A stretch of DNA of 64,000 bases, taken from the NCBI GenBank assembly GCA_037443565.1, contig JBBIOB010000008.1, positions 3,166 through 67,165 of the forward strand. The letters are read 5' to 3'. This document shows positions 9,555-18,252 of this stretch, piece after piece. The first letter of the stretch is position 1; the number at the start of each line of letters is the position of its first letter. The notes beneath the pieces are model-generated. The model saw nothing but the letters and a program-made list of their open reading frames with translations, did no database searches and was not told the origin of the DNA. Source of the DNA: Armatimonadota bacterium. Its GTDB lineage: Bacteria > Sysuimicrobiota > Sysuimicrobiia > Sysuimicrobiales > Humicultoraceae. A program made the position numbers and the translations under genes.

Positions 9555-10154
9555 TCAGGCCCGCTCGCCCAGCCCCAGCCCCTCGATCTCGCGCTGGCGC
9601 TGCGCGGCGAGCTCCACCAGCCACTCCGGCTCCTGGTAGACGTAGTCCTTGCGCAGCGGGTGGCCCTGCCAGTCCTCGGTCATCATGATCCGGCGCAGGT
9701 CGGGATGCCCCTCGAAGGTCACGCCGAGCAGGTCGAAGGTCTCCCGTTCGTGCCAGTTCGCGCCGGCCCAGATCCCGGTGACACTCGGCACGCGGGCGTC
9801 GTCCCGCGGCACCCGTACCTTCAGCAGCATCTCGTGCCGCGCTGCCATGGAGAACAGGTGGTAGACGACCTCGAGCTGGCCCTGCGCGGGCCGATCCACG
9901 GCCGAGACGAACGAGCAGTAGTCGAGGTGGAAGGGCGCCTCGTCGCGCAGCACGCCACAGATCTCCGGCAGCCGGCCGGCCGGGACAAACGCGCCGGGAA
10001 CGTGAAAGGTCGGACCCTTCGCCTCGTGCCGGCCCCCTCGGCCGCCGGCGGCCGGCGCGGCATGCGCGTCCTCCGGCGGCTCGCTCGCGTGGGGGAATGG
10101 CTCGACCACCCCGGGAAACCGCTGCCGCAGCTGCTCGACGAGCTCCCAGCTCAT
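9555..10154 (-). CDS. nuoC: NADH-quinone oxidoreductase subunit C (30-kDa subunit)
   Basis: The ORF 9555..10709 was trimmed to the ATG at 10154 (MSWELVEQL...). It carries the ANWHERETFDLLGVTFEGHPDLRRIMM signature. The start overlaps the nuoI stop (ATGA). Confidence 0.85.
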   Translation of the reverse strand: MSWELVEQLRQRFPGVVEPFPHASEPPEDAHAAPAAGGRGGRHEAKGPTFHVPGAFVPAGRLPEICGVLRDEAPFHLDYCSFVSAVDRPAQGQLEVVYHLFSMAARHEMLLKVRVPRDDARVPSVTGIWAGANWHERETFDLLGVTFEGHPDLRRIMMTEDWQGHPLRKDYVYQEPEWLVELAAQRQREIEGLGLGERA

Positions 10155-10630
10155 GAGAGGCCTCGCATCTTGATGACGCCGTGCGCGATCGGCTCCTTGG
10201 GCGCGGCGCGCCGCAGGTCTTCGAGGGAGTAGAGCAGGCTCGCGCGGTTGTAGGTGCTCGTTTCGTAGTGCGGCACGAAGACGATGGCCTCGGTGGGGCA
10301 CACCTCCACGCACAGCCCGCAGTAGCAGCACTTGTCCATTTCGATGTCGAAGCGGGTCAGCAGGCGGTCCTTCCCCTTGCCCGCGGCCTCGATGTGGATG
10401 CAGCGATCGGGGCACACGCGCTCGCACTGGAAGCAGATGATGCACCGGTCGCTGCCGGTCTCGGGATCGATCGGCAGGGCCAGCAACCCGTGCCATCGGG
10501 GTGAGACGTCCACCTTCTCCAGCGGGTACTTCACGGTGATCTTGCGCGCGAGCAAGGCCCGCCATGTCACCCGGAGCCCGGCGTAGAGCCCGGCGACCGC
10601 CTGCCATGCCTGCGCCGCCAGCGTTGCCAT
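10151..10630 (-). CDS. nuoI: NADH-quinone oxidoreductase subunit I (2x[4Fe-4S] ferredoxin)
   Basis: 159 aa. CIICFQCERVCP and CCYCGLCVEVCP motifs, and GGAGGGGG upstream of the ATG. Confidence 0.9.
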   Translation of the reverse strand: MATLAAQAWQAVAGLYAGLRVTWRALLARKITVKYPLEKVDVSPRWHGLLALPIDPETGSDRCIICFQCERVCPDRCIHIEAAGKGKDRLLTRFDIEMDKCCYCGLCVEVCPTEAIVFVPHYETSTYNRASLLYSLEDLRRAAPKEPIAHGVIKMRGLS

Positions 10631-10639
10631 TGCCCCCTC

Positions 10640-11743
10640 CTACCGGTCGACGTCCGAGAGCACGATATCCACGCTGCCGAGGATGGCGACCACGTCCGCC
10701 ACCTTCCACCCCCGCATCATCTCCGTGAGCGCGAACAGGTTGGAGAACGACGGCGCCCGGATCTTGACCCGGTACGGGGTGTCATCGCCCTCGCTCAGGA
10801 GGTAGATCCCGAGATCGCCGCGCGGCGACTCGGTGCGGGCATACGCCTCGCCCTTCGGCAGCTTGACGTTGACCGGCACCTTGGCGCGGATCTCCCCGGC
10901 CGGCAGGCGCTCAATCGCGTGGCGGATGATCCGCACGCTCTGCCGCATCTCTTCCATACGCACCTGGTAGCGGGCAAAGCAGTCCCCGACCTCGGAGGTC
11001 GGGACGTCGAAGTCGAGCTCGCCGTAGGCCTCGTACGGGAACGCCCTGCGCACATCGAAGGGCACGCCGGACGCCCGCAGGACCGGCCCGCAGGCACCCA
11101 TGTTGATGGCGAGATCGCGGGGCAGGATGCCCACGCCCTGCACGCGCGCCAGGAAGATCGGGTTTCCCGTCAACAGCTCGTGGTACTCGTCGATCCGGAT
11201 CAGCATCTCGTCGCAGAACTCCAGTGCCCGGTCGGTCCAGCTCGCGGGCAGGTCCTCGTAGACGCCGCCAGGACGGAAGTAGACGTGGTGCAGACGGCCG
11301 CCGGTCACCTGTTCGAAGAGGTCGAGGATCCGCTCCCGCTCCCGGAAGCAGTACAGGAAGACCGTCGTGGCCCCCAGGTCGAGCCCCCAGGTCCCCACCC
11401 AGACCAGGTGGCTGGAGAGCCGCTGCAGCTCCAGCATGATTGTCCGCAGATACTTCGCCCGGGGCGGGACCTGAATGCCGCCGATCTTCTCGACGGCCAG
11501 GAGGTACCCTTCTTCGTTGGCGAGCGCGGTCAGGTAGTCCATGCCGCGGTCGGTCAGCGCGACGTTCTGGAGGTAGGTCCGGTACTCCATCATCTTCTCG
11601 ACGGACGAGTGCAGGTACCCGATGTCGGGCTGGATGTCGGTGATGTTCTCGCCGTCGAGCGTCACGACCAGGCGCAGCACGCCGTGGGTGCTGGGATGTT
11701 GCGGCCCCATGTTGAGCATGAGTTCTTCGGTGCGAAGCGCCAC
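10640..11743 (-). CDS. nuoD: NADH-quinone oxidoreductase subunit D (49-kDa subunit)
   Basis: 367 aa, GTG start. NMGPQHPSTHGVLRL near the N-terminus and ...SVDIVLSDVDR at the C-terminus. There are no NiFe-ligand cysteine pairs, so it is complex-I type and not a hydrogenase large subunit. Confidence 0.9.
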   Translation of the reverse strand: MALRTEELMLNMGPQHPSTHGVLRLVVTLDGENITDIQPDIGYLHSSVEKMMEYRTYLQNVALTDRGMDYLTALANEEGYLLAVEKIGGIQVPPRAKYLRTIMLELQRLSSHLVWVGTWGLDLGATTVFLYCFRERERILDLFEQVTGGRLHHVYFRPGGVYEDLPASWTDRALEFCDEMLIRIDEYHELLTGNPIFLARVQGVGILPRDLAINMGACGPVLRASGVPFDVRRAFPYEAYGELDFDVPTSEVGDCFARYQVRMEEMRQSVRIIRHAIERLPAGEIRAKVPVNVKLPKGEAYARTESPRGDLGIYLLSEGDDTPYRVKIRAPSFSNLFALTEMMRGWKVADVVAILGSVDIVLSDVDR

Positions 11744-11761
11744 GGTGCGGCTCCTGAGCGA

Positions 11762-12322
11762 CTAGGCCTTCGCCGGGAGTGCCCGGCGGAGGAACGGTTC
11801 GGCCTTGATCTTCTCCTGCAGCTTGAGGATGCCCTCGATCAGCGCCTCGGGCCTTGGCGGGCATCCCGGCACGTAGACGTCCACCGGGACGATCTGATCG
11901 ATGCCCTTGAGGATCGAGTAGTTGTCGTAGTAGAATGGTCCACCACACGTGGCGCACGAACCCATCGAGATCACGTACTTGGGCTCAGGCATCTGCTCGT
12001 AGAGCCGCCTGACGATGGGCGCCATCTTGATCGTACAGCGCCCGGCGACGAGCATGCAGTCGGCCTGACGGGGTGTCGCGCGGAAGATCACGCCCATCCG
12101 GTCGAGATCGAACCGGCTCGCGCCCGCCGCCATCATCTCGATGGCGCAGCACGCCAGCCCGAAGGTCAGGGGCCACATGCTGGACGCCCGGCCCCAATTG
12201 AGCAGCGTCTCGGTCTTGGCCAGGACGACGCTGCCGCCCGGCAGGACATCGAGGATCTCGATGGCCGAGTCGATCGGCGCGATCCGAGACGGCGCTGGCG
12301 TGAGCGGTGGCTGTGTGGTCAT
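11762..12322 (-). CDS. nuoB: NADH-quinone oxidoreductase subunit B (N2 cluster subunit)
   Basis: 186 aa. [20 protein letters not shown] and VPGCPPRPE motifs, and GGGGAGGAA upstream of the ATG. Confidence 0.92.
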   Translation of the reverse strand: MTTQPPLTPAPSRIAPIDSAIEILDVLPGGSVVLAKTETLLNWGRASSMWPLTFGLACCAIEMMAAGASRFDLDRMGVIFRATPRQADCMLVAGRCTIKMAPIVRRLYEQMPEPKYVISMGSCATCGGPFYYDNYSILKGIDQIVPVDVYVPGCPPRPEALIEGILKLQEKIKAEPFLRRALPAKA

Positions 12323-12482
12323 CAGTTCCTCCCCGACCCATCGGCCGGTGTCCGTCCCATGAGTTACGACGGCGGCGGGAGCACGTCCTCTGTCGCGCCG
12401 TCCTTCGAGCGATCCGCGCCGCCGGCCGCGCGCCCACCCATGACGACGCCCGACGGAAGGCGCCTATTCCGCCGGAACCCCA

Positions 12483-12809
12483 TCACTCTCGGAACGGCGT
12501 GATCGTCTTCACCCAGTAGAGCCGCGCGATCTCCCGCACCCGGCCAGGCGGCACGCCTCGGACCTCGATGGTCTTGCCCTCGATCCCAGAGACCCTCCCG
12601 AAGCGCTGGAACATCAGGACGTGGAACCGCTCCGGCGCAAAGGGCAGCGTGACCCGCAGATCCACCGTGCCGCGCTCGGAGACATAGGCGTCGAGGTCGC
12701 CGGGAGTCTTGAACGCGGCCTGGTGCGCCAGCCAGGCCTGCCAGGCCAGGATGCCCACCAATGTGATCAGGCCGATGCGGCCTGCCCGCGAGACTAGCAG
12801 CCGACGCAT
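12483..12809 (-). CDS. Hypothetical membrane-anchored protein (108 aa), translationally coupled to the ABC ATPase
   Basis: MRRLLVSRAGRIGLITLVGILAWQAWL... is one N-terminal TM helix followed by a domain of about 80 aa. Its ATG shares one base with the TGA of the upstream ATPase gene (TGATG). I recognised no family. Confidence 0.5.
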   Translation of the reverse strand: MRRLLVSRAGRIGLITLVGILAWQAWLAHQAAFKTPGDLDAYVSERGTVDLRVTLPFAPERFHVLMFQRFGRVSGIEGKTIEVRGVPPGRVREIARLYWVKTITPFRE

Positions 12810-13582
12810 CACGACGGCGATGTCCGGACCAGGGAGAGCACGCGTGCCACCAGGCCCTTGAAGGCGGCGTCTTCGACCAGACGGTGCCAGCTCCTGGGGC
12901 GGGGCAGCGCCACGTCGATCGTCTCGCGGACGCGGCCGGGCCTCGCTGAGAGCACTATGACGCGGTTCGCCAGGAAGACGGCCTCCTCGACATCGTGGGT
13001 GATGAACAGGATCGTCGGCCGCCGGTCTTCCCAGATGCGGGTGAGCTCCTCCTGCAGGGTCATGCGGGTCTGTGCGTCGACGCTGGCAAACGGCTCGTCC
13101 ATCAGGAGGAGCTCCGGGTTGTTGGCCAGCACCCGGGCCACGCCCACACGCTGCTGCATGCCGCCGGACAGTTCGTGGGGATAGCGGTCCTCGAACCCTT
13201 CCAGGCCGACCAGGGCAATATACTCCCGCGCGATCCGGTCGCGCTCGGGCTTGGGCACGCCGCGCATCTTGAGCCCGAAGCCGACGTTGTCGAGCACCGT
13301 CTTCCACGGGAAGAGGGCGAAGGTCTGGAACACCACTCCGCGGTCGGGTCCCGGCCCCTGGATGCGCCGGCCGTTGAGCAGGATCTCCCCGCGCGTGGGC
13401 GCGATGAACCCGGCGATGATGTTCAACAGCGTGGTCTTCCCGCAGCCGCTGGGGCCGAGGATCGAGACGAACTCTCCGTTGTGAATCTCCAGCGAGACGT
13501 CCTCGACCGCGGCCACGTGCTGCCCGCTGTAGAGGTCGAAGTACGTCTTGCTGAGGTCGCGGATCACCAGGCCGTCGGTCAT
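12809..13582 (-). CDS. ABC transporter ATP-binding protein, NitT/TauT (sulfonate/nitrate/taurine) family
   Basis: Trimmed to the ATG at 13582. GPSGCGKTT Walker A, LSGGMQQRVGVAR signature, LLLMDEPF Walker B. Confidence 0.9.
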   Translation of the reverse strand: MTDGLVIRDLSKTYFDLYSGQHVAAVEDVSLEIHNGEFVSILGPSGCGKTTLLNIIAGFIAPTRGEILLNGRRIQGPGPDRGVVFQTFALFPWKTVLDNVGFGLKMRGVPKPERDRIAREYIALVGLEGFEDRYPHELSGGMQQRVGVARVLANNPELLLMDEPFASVDAQTRMTLQEELTRIWEDRRPTILFITHDVEEAVFLANRVIVLSARPGRVRETIDVALPRPRSWHRLVEDAAFKGLVARVLSLVRTSPS

Positions 13583-13589
13583 CGGCCGC

Positions 13590-14420
13590 CTAGCCCTCCC
13601 TTCGGGTGAGGCCCCACCGCTCGATCGTGGCGCGCTCCACGGGGCCGAGTAGCCCGGCGTCCACCACGTACCACAGGATCCCGAGCACAATCATCCCCAG
13701 GATCATCTCGACGACGCTGCCGGCCCTCCGCGCGTCGAACATCATGAAGCCGATCCCGCTGGTCCCCACGATGATCTCGGCGGCGATCAGCGCGCGCCAG
13801 CCGTATCCCAGGCCGTTGCGCAGGCCGGTGATGATGTTCGGCAGCGCCCCGGGGATCATCACCTCCCAGAGCACCCGGGCGGGCCGTGCGCCCAGGCTCA
13901 GGGCAGCGCGCAGCATGTCTGCGGGAATCATGCGCACGCCCAGCGCGGTGTTGAAGATCACGGGGAAGATTACCGTGTACACGATCACGAAGGTCATCGT
14001 GGTCAGCGTGAACCCGAACCAGATGAGCAGGATCGGCAGCCAGGCGATGTCGCCGATCGCCTGGAAGAAAATGACGACAGGCCAGAAGAACCGGTAACTG
14101 GCCGCATGCAGGCCGACCAGCAGCCCGAACGGCACCCCAATCGCGATGCCCACACCTGCGCCCACCACCAGCCGCGTGACGCTGTCCTGCAGGTAGGCCG
14201 GCAGGATACCCTTGTAGGTCAGGTCGCCGAACGACCAGACGACCTCGAGTGGTCCAGGGAAGAAGGCGCGCGGGAAGACCCCCATCTCGACGACGATCCA
14301 CCACGCGGCAACGATGGGCACGAACGGCCCCAGCGTACGGACGGCGGGCGTCGCGGCGACCCAGCGCGCCACCCGGCCGATGGCCGTGGGCGCGGTTCCC
14401 GCCGGGACCGCCGCGCTCAC
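13590..14420 (-). CDS. ABC transporter permease (NitT/TauT family)
   Basis: Trimmed to the GTG at 14420, which overlaps the upstream stop (GTGA). Multi-TM protein with an EAA-like loop ...LSLGARPARVLWEVMIPGALPNI... Confidence 0.85.
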   Translation of the reverse strand: MSAAVPAGTAPTAIGRVARWVAATPAVRTLGPFVPIVAAWWIVVEMGVFPRAFFPGPLEVVWSFGDLTYKGILPAYLQDSVTRLVVGAGVGIAIGVPFGLLVGLHAASYRFFWPVVIFFQAIGDIAWLPILLIWFGFTLTTMTFVIVYTVIFPVIFNTALGVRMIPADMLRAALSLGARPARVLWEVMIPGALPNIITGLRNGLGYGWRALIAAEIIVGTSGIGFMMFDARRAGSVVEMILGMIVLGILWYVVDAGLLGPVERATIERWGLTRREG

Positions 14421-15253
14421 ACCGCCCTCCGGGTCAGACCCCAGCGCTCGATCGTCCGGCGCTCCAGCGGCGCAAGGACCAGCCGGTCGATCGCCACCCA
14501 GATCGCGCCGATCAGGATCATGCCGAGCACGATGACCTCGGTGCGATAGAAGTCCCGCGCCAGGAAGACCATATAGCCCAGCCCGGCGTTCGTGGCGATG
14601 ATCTCCGCGGCGATCAGGCCCCGCCAGGCGAACCCCATGCCGGTGCGTATGCCGGTCACGATGTTCGGCAGCGCCCCGGGCAGCAGGACCTCGGTGAGAA
14701 TCCGCCACCGCGTCGCGCCAAGCGAGCGCGCCGCATCACCGAGGGCCCGCGGGATGCTGGTCACGCCCAGGATCGTGTTGTAGATTACCACAAAGAAGAC
14801 TGCGTTGAAGATTATGAACGTGATGGCGCCGAAGCCGTAGCCGAACCACAGGGTGGCGAGCGGGATCCACGCGATACCTGCCAGCACCGCGAAGAACCGG
14901 AGAATCGGTGAGAAGAACCCCGCCACGGCCCGGTTCGTGCTGATGACGACGCCGAGCGGGATGCTCGTGAGCACGGCCAGCGTGCCGCCGACCAGGACGC
15001 GCTGCATGCTCTGCCAGACGTGGTCGGCGAGATCACCGGTACGAAGCTGCGCGCCGAAGGCGGCTACGACGTCTACGGGGGCAGGGAACACCCGCAGCGG
15101 GATGTCGTAGACGCGGACGACCACCGTCCAGACAACGACCAGGGTGACGAAGGGGGCGGCGAACCAGAGCGCCGCCCCCAGGATCCTGGCCGCCCGCTCT
15201 GCCGCTCGATGCGGTGCGCGCGGCGCGGCGGTCGTCATCCCGCCATGCCCCAT
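14417..15253 (-). CDS. ABC transporter permease (NitT/TauT family), paralogue of the adjacent permease
   Basis: 278 aa. ...ARSLGATRWRILTEVLLPGALPNIVTG... The start could instead be the Met at 15238. Confidence 0.85.
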   Translation of the reverse strand: MGHGGMTTAAPRAPHRAAERAARILGAALWFAAPFVTLVVVWTVVVRVYDIPLRVFPAPVDVVAAFGAQLRTGDLADHVWQSMQRVLVGGTLAVLTSIPLGVVISTNRAVAGFFSPILRFFAVLAGIAWIPLATLWFGYGFGAITFIIFNAVFFVVIYNTILGVTSIPRALGDAARSLGATRWRILTEVLLPGALPNIVTGIRTGMGFAWRGLIAAEIIATNAGLGYMVFLARDFYRTEVIVLGMILIGAIWVAIDRLVLAPLERRTIERWGLTRRAV

Positions 15254-15262
15254 CCCTGCCCG

Positions 15263-16366
15263 CTAGCGAGGCGGGGTGAAGGTGAAGCCAGCCGCCACCT
15301 GCGCCGCCCGCGGGATCGGCGGGAGATCGTCGAACAGCTCTGGATGCCGCGCCATGACGTTGAGAATCGGCCCGGGCATGAAGACCCGGTTCACGTCGAA
15401 CGTCCCGGGGAGGAACCCCAGGCGGTTCAGGCTGGTCACCGCATTGTGCAGCGCCAGGTAGTTGTAATACGAGATGCGGATGTCCAGCGTCGGCAGGTTG
15501 TTGCGCACACCCTGCAGCGCGACCTCGGGCGTCCGCTGGAGCCCCGGGAGCCACCGTACCGCGATCTCGGCGGTCCGGACCGGGTTCGCCCGCATGAACT
15601 TGTCCGCCTCGGCACGCGCGGCCAGGAAGCGCTCGATCGTCTCCTGGTTGCGCTCAGCCCAGCTCCTGAGCGCCACGTTGAAGCCCATGAACCCGATGAA
15701 CCCTCCTCCGCGGACGACCTCATAGGCGTTGGGCACCTCGCGGAGCGCGATCACCGGGAACGGGTCCCAGGTCGCAAACGCGTCCACCGCGCCGCCGCGC
15801 AGCGCCACAGGCATCTCGCCGGGCGGCGTGTTCACGAGCGTCACATCGCGCACGGCCAGCCCGGCCCTCTCGAGGACCCCCAGGACGTAGAGGTGGCTGA
15901 TCGTGCCGAAGGATGCGGCGATCCGCTTGCCGCGCAGGTCCTGGATCCGGCGGATGCCGCTGCCCTCGCGGGCGACCAGCGCCATGGTGTCATCCCCGCC
16001 CAGCTTCACCGAACTGCCGCTGTAGTTGCCGAGAATCACCAGGTCCATGCCGCGCAGCACCGCGCCGATCATGGGCACGCCGACCTGACCCATCTGGATC
16101 TCGCCGGCCTGCAGCGCGTTCAACAGGTCCACGCCGGTGGGGTACGGTGTGGCGATGGTGACGTTCAGCCCCCATTTCTCAAAGAACCCGCGGTCGAGCG
16201 CCACGGGCACCCCGAGCTGGTCAATGGCGCCGACAATGCCAACCCGTATCGCCACCGGCGCGGGCGCCGCGGTCCCGGCCAGGGGCATCAGGCTCAGAAC
16301 CAGGCCGGCAATGACCGCCAGCGCAAGGTACCGGGGTGTCTGTCTGTCTCCTCCTCGAGGCTGCAT
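15263..16366 (-). CDS. ABC transporter periplasmic substrate-binding protein (NMT1/THI5-like, NitT/TauT family)
   Basis: Trimmed to the ATG at 16366, which has AAGGGAGGAA upstream. Signal-like N-terminus MQPRGGDRQTPRYLALAVIAGLVLSLMPLAGTAAPAP. Confidence 0.8.
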   Translation of the reverse strand: MQPRGGDRQTPRYLALAVIAGLVLSLMPLAGTAAPAPVAIRVGIVGAIDQLGVPVALDRGFFEKWGLNVTIATPYPTGVDLLNALQAGEIQMGQVGVPMIGAVLRGMDLVILGNYSGSSVKLGGDDTMALVAREGSGIRRIQDLRGKRIAASFGTISHLYVLGVLERAGLAVRDVTLVNTPPGEMPVALRGGAVDAFATWDPFPVIALREVPNAYEVVRGGGFIGFMGFNVALRSWAERNQETIERFLAARAEADKFMRANPVRTAEIAVRWLPGLQRTPEVALQGVRNNLPTLDIRISYYNYLALHNAVTSLNRLGFLPGTFDVNRVFMPGPILNVMARHPELFDDLPPIPRAAQVAAGFTFTPPR

Positions 16367-16391
16367 CACGTTCCTCCCTTCTGCTGTCGGC

Positions 16392-16448
16392 ATGGATTCA
16401 TCCCGTCTGTATGGATTCATCCCGTCTGTATGGACTCACGTCCGCTGC
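16392..16448. repeat. 19-bp tandem direct repeat: two perfect copies of ATGGATTCATCCCGTCTGT plus a degenerate third copy
   Basis: Read directly at 16392-16410 and 16411-16429. The third copy, ATGGACTCACGTCCGCTGC, overlaps the kdgK stop codon. The repeat sits 26-64 nt upstream of the binding-protein start codon. Confidence 0.9.
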
Positions 16449-17386
16449 AGCATGAACTGTTCCACCTGGTCGCGCGTGGGGATCGGCATGACCGCGCCGG
16501 GTCCGAGCGTCGTGAGCGCACCCACGGCATTGGCGAACCGGGCCGCGGCCTCCGGCGACGCGCCGCGCAGCCACTCGAGCACGAATCCGGCGTTGAAGGC
16601 GTCGCCCGCACCGGTGGCATCGACCGCCTCCACGCGCCAGCCGTCCACATGGACCCGCCTCCCGTCGCGCGTCGCAACGGTGCAGCCCCGCGGGCCCTGC
16701 CGGAGGACCACGATCGTCGGGCCGCGTTCCAACACCCGCGCGACCACCTCGTCGGCGGCCAGCGGGCCGAAGAGGTGGCTGGCATCCTCGCTGCTGAGGA
16801 AGACGAGGTCGGCCCGCCCGAAGGCGTCGGTGACGATCTCCCGCAACTGCTCCACCGCCATCAGACCGGGCCGCACGTTGGCATCGTAGCTCACCGTCAC
16901 CCCGCGGGCGCGGGCGATGGCCATCGCCGCGACCGCAGCGTCGCGCGCCGACGCAGAGATCGCCTGCGTGATGCCGCTCGTGTGCACGAGGCGCGCCGCG
17001 CCGAGGTATGTGGCGTCGAGGTCCGCCGGCCCCAGCCGGCTGGCCGGCGACCCGGCCCGGTAGTAAGTGAAGCTATGCCTGCCGTCCTGGTCAAGCGCGA
17101 TGAAGTACACGGCGGTTCGCCCCTCGGGTTCCACGATGACCCGCGACGCATCCACACCTTCGCGACGCCAGAGGTCGAGGAACGACCGGCCGAACTCGTC
17201 GCCACCCACCCGCGTCATATAGCCGCACGAACCGCCCAGGCGCGCCGCGGCGACGATGAAGTTCGAGGTGTCGCCGCCCCACCCCCGGTGGAAGGTGCGG
17301 ACCGTCGACAGCCGGCCCCGCTCGGCCGCCGCGAACTCCGCCATCGGCTCGCCCAGCGCAATGATCTCAGGCACGGTGCTCCCCAT
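16436..17386 (-). CDS. kdgK: PfkB-family sugar kinase, 2-keto-3-deoxygluconate kinase-like
   Basis: 316 aa. GGDTSNF near the N-terminus and the DATGAGDAFNAGF PfkB signature. Confidence 0.8.
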   Translation of the reverse strand: MGSTVPEIIALGEPMAEFAAAERGRLSTVRTFHRGWGGDTSNFIVAAARLGGSCGYMTRVGGDEFGRSFLDLWRREGVDASRVIVEPEGRTAVYFIALDQDGRHSFTYYRAGSPASRLGPADLDATYLGAARLVHTSGITQAISASARDAAVAAMAIARARGVTVSYDANVRPGLMAVEQLREIVTDAFGRADLVFLSSEDASHLFGPLAADEVVARVLERGPTIVVLRQGPRGCTVATRDGRRVHVDGWRVEAVDATGAGDAFNAGFVLEWLRGASPEAAARFANAVGALTTLGPGAVMPIPTRDQVEQFMLQRT

Positions 17387-18043
17387 CTAGATCCGCGCGA
17401 ACTCGTCCAAGGCCTTGAGGATCGATCCCGTGCGCCGGATGGCCTCGGCCATGCGCTGCTCGGTCTGTTCGATTTCGGTCGCGACCCGCAGCACCTCGGC
17501 GGCGTGGTTCCGCGGGACGACTACGACGCCGTCCGCATCGCCCACGATGATGTCGCCCGGGTGTACCCTGACGCCGCCGCAGGTGACCGGGACGTCGCGG
17601 CCGACGGTGACGAATCGGCCGACGGTGGTCGATGGGATCACCGTACGCGAGAACACCGGAAAGCCCATCTGGCGGATCTCCTCGACGTCGCGAGCTCCGG
17701 CGTCGAGCACCGCGCCGGCCAGCTTGCGCGTCACCGCCGCGGTGGTCATCAGCCCGCCCCAGCAGGCCACGTTCCGACTCGCATCCGCGTCTTCCATCCC
17801 GATGACGACCACCGCACCGGCCGGCGCGCCGTCGATCGTCTCCAGAGCATGCGTCGGGGGGTGCGCCTCCAGGGCCTGCCGCTCGAGCACGGTGACCGCC
17901 GGGCCCACAAGCTTGGCGGCAAGGATCGGCTTGATCTCATGGGTCATGAAGCCGGGGCGTCTGACCACGCGATCGACCGCGTCGGCCACCGAAGCCGTCG
18001 CCACATCCCGGAAGCCCTCGATGATCGTGCGGAGATCCTCCAT
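17387..18043 (-). CDS. RraA-family protein / 4-hydroxy-4-methyl-2-oxoglutarate aldolase-like
   Basis: Trimmed to the ATG at 18043 (GAGGAGG upstream). ...ACWGGLMTTAAVTRKLAGAVLDAGARDVEEIRQMGFPVFSR... is typical of the RraA/HMG-aldolase fold. Confidence 0.75.
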   Translation of the reverse strand: MEDLRTIIEGFRDVATASVADAVDRVVRRPGFMTHEIKPILAAKLVGPAVTVLERQALEAHPPTHALETIDGAPAGAVVVIGMEDADASRNVACWGGLMTTAAVTRKLAGAVLDAGARDVEEIRQMGFPVFSRTVIPSTTVGRFVTVGRDVPVTCGGVRVHPGDIIVGDADGVVVVPRNHAAEVLRVATEIEQTEQRMAEAIRRTGSILKALDEFARI

Positions 18044-18073
18044 ACGGCCCGCACCTCCTCTGTGTCCGGATGT

Positions 18074-18093
18074 CCGCTTTGTGGACAAAGTGG
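18074..18093. promoter_or_regulatory. Imperfect 20-bp palindrome CCGCTTTGT-GG-ACAAAGTGG in a divergent intergenic region; candidate operator
   Basis: Read directly; 8 of 9 arm positions are complementary. It lies between the RraA-like/kdgK operon (minus) and the transketolase operon (plus). Confidence 0.35.
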
Positions 18094-18252
18094 CCTTATC
18101 GTGAGATCCACGGCAATCGTGGCACACGCCCGGCGCACCGTCAAGGCGCCGCGCCGCCCGGCGCGGCAGGGTAGCCGTTCACCAGCACAGAACCCACACA
18201 CTGTTCGTGGCCGTTCATCCTGGTACAGTGCTGCAACCGCGAGGAGCCCCTG

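Noticed and set aside
9555-10709. 384-aa minus-strand ORF taken as one gene
   Set aside because: Only the last 199 aa (from the ATG at 10154) match NuoC. The upstream part overlaps nuoI in another frame and is Arg/Gly-rich with no recognisable motifs.
13590-14708. 372-aa version of the second ABC permease
   Set aside because: The first 96 codons overlap the preceding permease gene out of frame. The GTG at 14420 overlaps that gene's stop (GTGA) and gives a normal-length permease.
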